Part shown: positions 56,888 through 64,000 of the stretch, in pieces
Position numbering within the stretch: the first letter of the stretch is position 1
Layout of the letters: each line of letters begins with the position of its first letter
Assembly: GCF_947258525.1 (NCBI RefSeq)
Contig: NZ_CAMYIP010000015.1
Location: forward strand, 4,179 to 68,178
Source of the DNA: an uncultured Eudoraea sp.
GTDB lineage: Bacteria; Bacteroidota; Bacteroidia; Flavobacteriales; Flavobacteriaceae
Direction: 5' to 3'
DNA: 64,000 bases
The notes under the pieces: generated by a model
The model's database searches: none
The model's input: only the letters and a program-made list of their open reading frames with translations
Told to the model about the DNA's origin: nothing
Made by a program: the position numbers and the translations under genes

Positions 56888-58234
56888 GTGAAAAGCTTTT
56901 ATACATTGGTTATTGCAGTGTTTCTGTTTTCATGTTCAGATGATGAGACGGTAGTCCCTGACAATGCCTATGATAATGCAATTTTTTTAGGTGAAATTGA
57001 TTGGGTAAAGAATTTCGGGGGTACTGACGAAGAGACCGCGCAATCCGTTATTAGCACAAACGATGGGGGTTATGCAATTCTGGGATATTCAAAAAGTACC
57101 GATGGTGATCTGGCAGACAAATCTATTCCCGTAAATGATTATTGGGTTTTAAAGTTAGATGATGAGGGGAATCTTCTTTGGAGTAAGACTTACGGAGGTA
57201 GTAAGGATGACAAAGGGCAATCCATAATCCAGACCTCAGATGGCGGCTATGCCATTACAGGATATGCAATGAGCGATGATGGAGATGGAAGCAACAATGA
57301 GGGATTCCATGATAACTGGATTTTAAAACTAGATGAATCAGGGACTATTGAATGGGAAAAAAGTTTTGGTTTTTCTGGTCATGATCATTCATATGATTTA
57401 CTACAAACTGCGGACGGGGGATTTTTCTTCGCCGGGTTCTTAGATATTACAGCAGCCCTTGACGATGGCACATATTACAAGGGCAATTTTCTGACCAGGC
57501 ATGGTGTGGGCGAATTTTGGGGAACTAAAATAGATGCCAAGGGTAGTTTGGAATGGAGGAGTTACTATGGGGGGACCAATAACGACAGAGCCCATGCCGT
57601 TATTGAGGCAGACGATGGAAGTTTTGTAATGGCAGGATTTTCTGAAAGTGATGATTATGATATATCGAATACTAAAGGCAGCTACGATTTTTGGGTAATT
57701 AAATTAACGGCTTCGGGAGAGTTGTTATGGGAACGCTCATTTGGTGGTTCAGGCATTGAAGTGGCATATGATATTGCAAAAACTACTGATGGTGCCTACG
57801 TGGTCACCGGGAATACCTTTAGCTCAGATAAGGATGTTTCAATAAATCATGGGGAATCTGATGTATGGCTAATAAAAATTGATGCAAATGGTAATCTGTT
57901 ATGGGAGAAGACCTTTGGAGGCTCGCAGTTCGATGCCGCCCAGGCCGTAACGACTACTAAAGATGGAGGATTTATTATTACCGGCAATACAAAAAGTACC
58001 GATGGGGATGCTGAAGAAAATCAAGGAGAAAACGATATTTGGTTAATAAAAACAGACTCCGAAGGTAATCTGCTTTGGCAGGGTTCTTATGGAGGATCAA
58101 ATCTGGATTATGGTTTTGATGCTGTTGAGAATGAAGATAAAAGTATTCTTCTGGTTGGTGAAAGCACTAGCAATGATTTCCCGAATCTCGCAAATAAAGG
58201 ACTTTCAGACGTTGTAATTATAAAAATCAAATAA
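56888..58234 (+). CDS. seven-repeat beta-propeller-like lipoprotein (function unknown)
   Basis: 448 aa with a GTG start and lipobox LFSC. It has seven tandem units of about 58 aa (see the repeat feature). Confidence 0.55.
   Translation: MKSFYTLVIAVFLFSCSDDETVVPDNAYDNAIFLGEIDWVKNFGGTDEETAQSVISTNDGGYAILGYSKSTDGDLADKSIPVNDYWVLKLDDEGNLLWSKTYGGSKDDKGQSIIQTSDGGYAITGYAMSDDGDGSNNEGFHDNWILKLDESGTIEWEKSFGFSGHDHSYDLLQTADGGFFFAGFLDITAALDDGTYYKGNFLTRHGVGEFWGTKIDAKGSLEWRSYYGGTNNDRAHAVIEADDGSFVMAGFSESDDYDISNTKGSYDFWVIKLTASGELLWERSFGGSGIEVAYDIAKTTDGAYVVTGNTFSSDKDVSINHGESDVWLIKIDANGNLLWEKTFGGSQFDAAQAVTTTKDGGFIITGNTKSTDGDAEENQGENDIWLIKTDSEGNLLWQGSYGGSNLDYGFDAVENEDKSILLVGESTSNDFPNLANKGLSDVVIIKIK
57002..58231 (+). 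repeat. seven tandem coding repeats of about 58 codons (about 174 nt)
   Basis: The repeat consensus read from the translation is W.K.FGG...D.a.sv..T.DGGY.i.G.T.S.DGD......G..D.W.iKlD..G.llW. Units start near aa 39, 97, 155, 222, 280, 338 and 396. The repeats are diverged at the DNA level. Confidence 0.7.
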
Positions 58235-58391
58235 AAATTATCAATTAGGGACAATCTCCTAAAAGTCCGGTTTTTAAGTTATCCAATTCTATCTTACCCT
58301 CCCATAGTTCTGATGAAACCCAATAGATATCCTCTATGGTTTTATACGTTATAATAATGTTAGGAATTATTGTAAAACCCTAACTATACCC

Positions 58392-58399
58392 TATATTTG
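58392..58399 (+). promoter_or_regulatory. -7 promoter box TAnnTTTG for the suf operon
   Basis: TATATTTG lies 36 nt upstream of the ATG at 58436. Confidence 0.4.
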
Positions 58400-58435
58400 T
58401 AAACTATTTAGAATAATACCAAATAAGGATATAAA

Positions 58436-58765
58436 ATGATCAAAGTATCTGAAACAGCAAAAAAGCGGGTTGCCTTACTTATGAGTGAGGAAGGTTTTAA
58501 CGCGGAAAAGGATTTTGTTAGGGTTGGTGTAAAAAGCGGTGGTTGCAGTGGATTGTCTTATGAATTAAAATTTGACAATAAAATTGATGAAACTGATAAG
58601 GTTTTCGAAGACAATGCTGTACGCATTATTGTAGATAAAAAGAGTTTTCTCTACCTGGTTGGAACAACGCTGGAGTATTCCGGAGGGCTCAACGGTAAGG
58701 GATTCGTTTTTAATAATCCTAATGCACAGCGCACATGTGGCTGTGGTGAAAGTTTTTCATTATAA
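58436..58765 (+). CDS. A-type iron-sulfur cluster carrier (HesB/IscA/SufA family)
   Basis: 109 aa with the blocks VGVKSGGCSGLSY and C-terminal CGCGESF. Confidence 0.85.
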   Translation: MIKVSETAKKRVALLMSEEGFNAEKDFVRVGVKSGGCSGLSYELKFDNKIDETDKVFEDNAVRIIVDKKSFLYLVGTTLEYSGGLNGKGFVFNNPNAQRTCGCGESFSL

Positions 58766-58799
58766 CAAAAAGGAATCCCTTATAAGGGTTTAAAAGCCT

Positions 58800-60245
58800 A
58801 TGGCATATACCGAAGAAGAATTAAAAAAAGAGCTGGAAACCAAGGAATATGAATATGGTTTCTATACCGATATTGAGTCCGACACATTTCCCAAAGGCTT
58901 AAATGAGGAGATTGTAATCGCAATTTCCAAAAAGAAGGAAGAACCGGAATGGATGACTTCATGGCGACTTGAAGCTTTTCGGGTCTGGAAGGAAATGACT
59001 GAACCCGAATGGGCTAATATTCATTATAAAAAACCGGATTTTCAGGATATTTCATATTATTCGGCACCTAATAAAAAACCTAAATACGATAGTTTAGACG
59101 AGGTGGATCCGGAGTTATTGGATACTTTTAAAAAACTGGGGATTTCTTTAGATGAACAAAAAAAACTTGCAGGAGTAGCCGTTGATATTGTTATGGATTC
59201 AGTTTCTGTAGCAACTACGTTCAAAAAAACATTGGCAGAAAAAGGGATTATATTTTGTTCTATCTCCGAAGCAATAAAGGAACATCCGGAACTTGTTAAA
59301 AAACATCTTGGGACTGTTGTACCTCAAAAGGATAACTACTATGCGGCACTAAATTCTGCTGTATTTTCAGACGGTTCGTTTTGTTACATCCCTAAAGGAG
59401 TCAGATGTCCTATGGAGTTGTCAACTTATTTCAGAATTAATCAGGCTGGCACCGGACAATTTGAGCGTACGCTGGTAGTCGCAGATGAAGGTAGTTATGT
59501 AAGTTATCTGGAAGGCTGCACGGCACCATCCAGAGATGAAAACCAATTACATGCCGCTGTTGTAGAACTTATTGCTTTGGATAATGCAGAAATTAAATAT
59601 TCCACAGTTCAAAACTGGTTTCCTGGTAATAAAGAGGGTAAAGGAGGAGTTTACAATTTTGTTACCAAAAGGGGGCTATGTGAAAAAAATGCAAAGATTT
59701 CCTGGACACAGGTTGAAACCGGTTCTGCTATTACATGGAAGTACCCTTCCTGTATTTTAAAAGGAGATAATTCTATTGGTGAATTTTATTCCATCGCGGT
59801 AACTAATAATTTTCAGCAGGCTGATACAGGGACAAAAATGGTTCATTTAGGTAAGAACACAAAAAGTACAATTATTTCGAAAGGGATTTCTGCCGGGAAG
59901 TCGCAAAACAGCTACAGGGGTTTGGTGCAAGTAAACAGCAGAGCTAAGAATGCAAGGAATTTTTCACAATGTGATTCCTTGTTGATGGGAAATGACTGCG
60001 GGGCACATACTTTTCCATATATAGAGGTAAAGAATAAATCGGCACAGATTGAGCATGAAGCTACTACCAGTAAAATTGGGGAAGATCAGATTTTTTATTG
60101 TAATCAGCGGGGTATAGAAACGGAAAAAGCTATTGCCCTGATTGTAAACGGGTTTAGCAAGGAAGTACTTAACAAGCTTCCAATGGAATTTGCTGTTGAA
60201 GCACAAAAACTATTAGAAATAAGCCTTGAAGGATCAGTGGGTTAA
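58800..60245 (+). CDS. sufB: Fe-S cluster assembly protein SufB
   Basis: 481 aa with highly conserved SufB blocks ([28 protein letters not shown]). Confidence 0.97.
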   Translation: MAYTEEELKKELETKEYEYGFYTDIESDTFPKGLNEEIVIAISKKKEEPEWMTSWRLEAFRVWKEMTEPEWANIHYKKPDFQDISYYSAPNKKPKYDSLDEVDPELLDTFKKLGISLDEQKKLAGVAVDIVMDSVSVATTFKKTLAEKGIIFCSISEAIKEHPELVKKHLGTVVPQKDNYYAALNSAVFSDGSFCYIPKGVRCPMELSTYFRINQAGTGQFERTLVVADEGSYVSYLEGCTAPSRDENQLHAAVVELIALDNAEIKYSTVQNWFPGNKEGKGGVYNFVTKRGLCEKNAKISWTQVETGSAITWKYPSCILKGDNSIGEFYSIAVTNNFQQADTGTKMVHLGKNTKSTIISKGISAGKSQNSYRGLVQVNSRAKNARNFSQCDSLLMGNDCGAHTFPYIEVKNKSAQIEHEATTSKIGEDQIFYCNQRGIETEKAIALIVNGFSKEVLNKLPMEFAVEAQKLLEISLEGSVG

Positions 60246-60250
60246 GTACT

Positions 60251-61126
60251 ATGAAAAAGTATATAGCATTATTGGTAATTGTCTCCCTATTTGCCTGTAA
60301 AGAAGCAAAAAAGGAAGTCGTGTCTGTTTCTGAAAATACAGAAACTAGCTCCAAAACTGAAGTGAAACTTTATACTTTTGATGGGGGTACAGTGGTAGTA
60401 AATACATTAGGGCTGTTTGCACAGGATGAGTCCTATAAAGGACAAAGTAAAGAATTTGCTGATGCATTTTATGTAATAAAACATCCAAAAGGGAACCTAA
60501 TGTGGGATGCAGGACTTCCAGAATCCCTGGTTGGACTACCCGAACCTTATACTTCACCTGATGGCGCCTTTACTGTTTCCCGAAAGGATTCCGTTTTAAA
60601 TCAATTAGAACAAATTGGGATGACCCCCGACGATTTCAAATATATATCCCTTTCACATACTCATTTTGATCATAGCGGACATGCCAATTTATTTAAGAAT
60701 TCAACATGGCTTGTGCAGAAGGAAGAGTACGATTTTGTTACAGGAAAAGAGGTCAGAGAATCTAACCCGGATATGTACAACGCAATTAAGGACTTAAAGA
60801 AAATTAAAAAAATAAAAGGAGATTTTGATGTATTTAAGGATGGCACGGTTATTTTAAAGTATATGCCGGGCCATACCCCCGGGCATCAGGTTTTGTTTCT
60901 TGATTTAAAAGAACACGGACCTATGCTTTTGTCGGGAGATCTATATCATTTTTATGAGAACAGGGAGTACAAGAGAATCCCAATTTTTAATTATGATGTC
61001 GCACAGACCAGGGAGAGCATGAAAAAATTTGAAGCTTTTGCGGAAGAAAAAAAGGCAAAAGTATATTTGCAGCATCAAAAAGACGATTTTAATAATATGC
61101 CAAAAGCACCTCAATATTTAAACTAA
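60251..61126 (+). CDS. metallo-beta-lactamase-fold lipoprotein, N-acyl-homoserine-lactonase-like
   Basis: 291 aa with the lipoprotein signal MKKYIALLVIVSLFAC and the dinuclear metal-site motifs HTHFDH (HxHxDH), GHTPGH and SGDLYH. It lies 5 nt after sufB and ends 8 nt before sufC. Confidence 0.75.
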   Translation: MKKYIALLVIVSLFACKEAKKEVVSVSENTETSSKTEVKLYTFDGGTVVVNTLGLFAQDESYKGQSKEFADAFYVIKHPKGNLMWDAGLPESLVGLPEPYTSPDGAFTVSRKDSVLNQLEQIGMTPDDFKYISLSHTHFDHSGHANLFKNSTWLVQKEEYDFVTGKEVRESNPDMYNAIKDLKKIKKIKGDFDVFKDGTVILKYMPGHTPGHQVLFLDLKEHGPMLLSGDLYHFYENREYKRIPIFNYDVAQTRESMKKFEAFAEEKKAKVYLQHQKDDFNNMPKAPQYLN

Positions 61127-61134
61127 ATCAGAAT

Positions 61135-61887
61135 ATGTTAAAAGTAAATAATCTGCACGCAGGCGTAGAAGACAATGAAATATTAAACGGAATAAACCTT
61201 GAAATAAATCCAGGTGAAGTGCATGCTATAATGGGCCCAAATGGTTCCGGAAAAAGCACCCTTGCCGCCGTGATAGCAGGAAAGGAAGAATTTGAAATAA
61301 CAGAAGGGAATATTGAATTTGAGGGAGAGGACCTGGAAGACACCTCCCCTGAAGAAAGGGCACATAAAGGAATTTTTCTTTCGTTTCAATATCCTGTTGA
61401 GATACCCGGGGTATCGGTGACCAATTTTATGAAAACGGCAATAAATGAATCGAGAAAAGCACGTGGATTAGAAGATATGCCGGCCAACAAAATGTTGAAA
61501 CTTATCCGGGAGAAATCGGAATTGTTGGAAATAGACAGAAAGTTCTTATCTCGTTCTTTAAATGAAGGGTTTTCAGGTGGTGAAAAAAAGAGAAATGAAA
61601 TTTTTCAAATGGCCATGCTGGAACCAAAACTGGCTATTTTGGATGAAACAGATTCAGGTCTGGATATCGATGCCTTGCGAATTGTAGCTAATGGAGTTAA
61701 CAAACTCAGGGCTAAAGACAACGCAATACTGGTTATTACGCATTACCAGCGATTGCTGGAATATATTGTTCCGGATTTTGTACATGTCCTGCACGAAGGT
61801 AAAATTGTGAAATCAGGGACTAAAGAATTAGCTCTGGAATTGGAGGACAAAGGATATGATTGGATAAAAAATGAATCGGTTGTCTAG
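61135..61887 (+). CDS. sufC: Fe-S cluster assembly ATPase SufC
   Basis: 250 aa with Walker A GPNGSGKST, signature FSGGEKKRNEI and Walker B AILDETDSGLD. Confidence 0.97.
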   Translation: MLKVNNLHAGVEDNEILNGINLEINPGEVHAIMGPNGSGKSTLAAVIAGKEEFEITEGNIEFEGEDLEDTSPEERAHKGIFLSFQYPVEIPGVSVTNFMKTAINESRKARGLEDMPANKMLKLIREKSELLEIDRKFLSRSLNEGFSGGEKKRNEIFQMAMLEPKLAILDETDSGLDIDALRIVANGVNKLRAKDNAILVITHYQRLLEYIVPDFVHVLHEGKIVKSGTKELALELEDKGYDWIKNESVV

Positions 61888-61947
61888 AAATACAATTGCA
61901 TTATTTAATAAGCATTGTTTTTATTAAGACAATAAATAGAAAAAATT

Positions 61948-63264
61948 ATGGATTTAAAGGAAAAACTGGTTTCTTCGTTCCTGGCATTTGAGAACAATGT
62001 GGATGTAGATCATCCGGTTCATGATATACGCTCGGAGGCAATTAAGAACTTTGAACTTAAAGGTTTTCCAAATAGAAAAGACGAAGCCTGGAAATACACT
62101 TCATTGAACAGCTTACAGAAAATAGATTTCAGCATCTTTCCAAAAAAGGTCAATGCCCTGGAATACAAGGATGTTAAGCGATATTTTCTTCATGAGATAG
62201 ATACATATAAAATTGTTTTTATTGATGGAGTCTACAGTTCATTCCTTTCTGAAACTACTCATGACGGGGTAGATATATGCCTTATGAGCGCTGCTTTAAG
62301 CAAACCAATGTATAAGCAGATAATAGATGTTTACTTTAATAAAGTAGCCTCCAAGGAAGAATCGATTACTACATTAAATACAGCATTTAGTAAAGAAGGA
62401 GCTTATATCTATATTCCTAAAAATAAAATACCAAAAAAGCCAATAGAAATTTTACATTTTGCAACAGGTAATGAGGCTTCATTATTGTTGCAACCCCGCA
62501 ACTTAATTATTGCAGAAGAAAATGCTGAACTTCAGATTATTGAGCGGCATCAGAGTCTTACTTCTAATGAGGTATTGACAAATTCGGTAACCGAAATTTT
62601 TGCGGCAAAGAATGCCATTGTAGATTATTACAAAGTTCAAAATGACGTGGAAAATGCTTCCCTAATAGATAATACCTACATTTCTCAAAAGAGCAATAGC
62701 GTTGTAAAGGTGCATACATTTTCCTTTGGAGGAAAGTTAACCAGGAATAATCTTAATTATTACCAAAACGGAGAATATATTGACTCAACAATGAAGGGGG
62801 TAACAATATTAGGGGAGAAACAGCATGTAGACCATCATACCCTGGTGCATCATAAAGAGCCAAATTGTGAAAGTCATCAGGATTATAAAGGAATTTATGG
62901 TGCAAAGTCTGTAGGGGTTTTCAATGGCAAGATCATTGTGGATAAAATTGCCCAAAAGACCAATGCCTTCCAACAGAATAACAATATTTTGATAAGCGAT
63001 AAGGCAACCATAAATACAAAACCACAATTGGAGATATTTGCAGATGATGTAAAATGTTCCCATGGATGTACTATAGGACAATTAGATGAAGAGGCACTCT
63101 TTTATCTGCAAACCAGAGGAATACCAAAAAAAGAAGCTGCAGCACTCCTAATGTATGCGTTTGCTAATAATGTGTTGGAAAGTGTTCGAATTCCTGAATT
63201 GAAATTGAGAATAAATAGGTTGATTGCAGAAAAATTAGGTGTTCAACTTGGTTTTGATCTTTAA
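61948..63264 (+). CDS. sufD: Fe-S cluster assembly protein SufD
   Basis: 438 aa with a beta-helix core and the C-terminal block KCSHGCTIGQLDEEALFYLQTRGI. Confidence 0.9.
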   Translation: MDLKEKLVSSFLAFENNVDVDHPVHDIRSEAIKNFELKGFPNRKDEAWKYTSLNSLQKIDFSIFPKKVNALEYKDVKRYFLHEIDTYKIVFIDGVYSSFLSETTHDGVDICLMSAALSKPMYKQIIDVYFNKVASKEESITTLNTAFSKEGAYIYIPKNKIPKKPIEILHFATGNEASLLLQPRNLIIAEENAELQIIERHQSLTSNEVLTNSVTEIFAAKNAIVDYYKVQNDVENASLIDNTYISQKSNSVVKVHTFSFGGKLTRNNLNYYQNGEYIDSTMKGVTILGEKQHVDHHTLVHHKEPNCESHQDYKGIYGAKSVGVFNGKIIVDKIAQKTNAFQQNNNILISDKATINTKPQLEIFADDVKCSHGCTIGQLDEEALFYLQTRGIPKKEAAALLMYAFANNVLESVRIPELKLRINRLIAEKLGVQLGFDL

Positions 63265-63296
63265 TAATTTGTTTGGTATCTAACAGTACGGTCCAT

Positions 63297-64000
63297 ATGA
63301 TTATAACGAAATTGGATATTGAAACTATTCGCAAGGATTTTCCTATTCTTAAAAGGAAAATTAATGGATATCCTTTGGTTTACCTTGACAATGCGGCTAC
63401 CTCGCAGACACCAAAACAGGTAATTGACACCATTGTAGATTATTATTCTCGTTATAATGCCAATATACACAGGGGTGTTCATTCGTTATCTCAGGAGGCT
63501 ACAGATGCCTATGAAAACGCTCGAAAAAAGATTCAGAATCATATAAATGCGGCTGAACCTCACGAAATAATTTTTACTTCCGGAACCACGGATAGCATTA
63601 ACCTAGTAGCTAGTGGCTTTACTTCATTTTTGAAAAAAGGTGATGAGGTATTGGTTTCAGCTATGGAACATCATTCCAATATTGTTCCATGGCAAATGTT
63701 ATGTGAACGAACGGGAGCAATTTTAAAGGTAATTCCAATGAACCATGAGGGGGAGCTGCTTATAGAGGAATATGCAAAACTGCTTTCAGATAACACGAAA
63801 TTGGTGGTTTGCAATCATGTATCAAATGCCCTGGGGACAATAAATCCTATTGAGAAAATCATTTCTTTAGCACATGAAGTTGAAGCAGCCGTGTTAATTG
63901 ACGGAGCTCAGGCTGCACCCCATATTAAAATTGATGTTCAAAAGTTGAATGCTGACTTTTATACAGTTTCTGCACATAAGATTTGTGGTCCTACCGGAGT
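63297..64000 (+). CDS. sufS: cysteine desulfurase SufS (5' part, truncated by the window edge)
   Basis: An ATG at 63297 opens a frame that runs to the window end (not in the ORF track). The translation MIITKLDIETIRKDFPILKRKINGYPLVYLDNAATSQTPKQVIDTIVDYYSRYNANIHRGVHSLSQEATDAYE is a typical SufS N-terminus. Confidence 0.9.
   Translation, partial: MIITKLDIETIRKDFPILKRKINGYPLVYLDNAATSQTPKQVIDTIVDYYSRYNANIHRGVHSLSQEATDAYENARKKIQNHINAAEPHEIIFTSGTTDSINLVASGFTSFLKKGDEVLVSAMEHHSNIVPWQMLCERTGAILKVIPMNHEGELLIEEYAKLLSDNTKLVVCNHVSNALGTINPIEKIISLAHEVEAAVLIDGAQAAPHIKIDVQKLNADFYTVSAHKICGPTG

Noticed and set aside
58340-58375. AT-rich inverted repeat AATAAT-N7-ATTATT upstream of the suf promoter as a possible Fur/iron-regulator box.
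   Set aside because: Six-bp A/T-only arms are expected by chance in this composition, and I do not know a validated flavobacterial Fur consensus to compare against.
1-64000. Search for CRISPR arrays, tRNA/rRNA genes, IS elements, integrases, phage or conjugation genes, toxin-antitoxin pairs or defence-island content.
   Set aside because: I saw no direct-repeat/spacer arrays, no tRNA-like T-arm or acceptor patterns in the intergenic regions, and no transposase- or integrase-like translations in any frame. The GNAT gene is PaiA-like with no upstream antitoxin-sized partner. By eye the composition looks uniform. I could not compute GC content or skew.

Overview
This is a core-chromosome segment of a low-GC Flavobacteriia (Bacteroidota) genome. 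The assignment rests on gliding/T9SS genes (sprE/porW-like, gldH), a split Bacteroidota-type ATP synthase operon (atpZ-like, atpB-E-F-H-A-G, no atpD/atpC), a three-subunit b558-type succinate dehydrogenase/fumarate reductase, A-rich leaders without Shine-Dalgarno sequences, and recurrent TAnnTTTG -7 promoter boxes. I call 63 CDS, two of them cut by the window edges. They cover a sugar transferase tail, UXS and purD; a DUF4254/GT9 pair; a TetR regulator, a PaaE-like reductase and a DUF5687-like/ABC pair; sprE plus bactofilin; and the ATP synthase genes. They also cover a flippase and dut; a TPR/DUF4292/degenerate-LytM operon; housekeeping genes (dprA, trpS, plsC, recA, trhO, thiL, brnQ, an aminopeptidase and an aminotransferase); an ECF sigma module; PSP1-gldH-PBP1A; CoA transferase; sdhCAB; two beta-propeller lipoproteins; and a suf operon (A-type carrier, sufB, inserted MBL lipoprotein, sufC, sufD, sufS). 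I found no rRNA, tRNA, CRISPR array, transposase, integrase, phage gene or long DNA repeat by reading. I do not see a convincing new multi-gene system, and the window looks ordinary and syntenic. The observations most worth a second look are (1) an exported AHL-lactonase-like metallo-beta-lactamase lipoprotein wedged inside the suf operon, (2) two orphan intrinsic terminators that imply unannotated small transcripts (recA-trhO spacer and downstream of the CoA-transferase genes), (3) a 580-bp non-coding region carrying paired GACC-N4-GGTC palindromes next to a TetR gene, and (4) -7 boxes placed 4 nt from the plsC and thiL start codons, which suggests leaderless mRNAs. All functional calls come from motif and family recognition in the translations. 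No database search was run.
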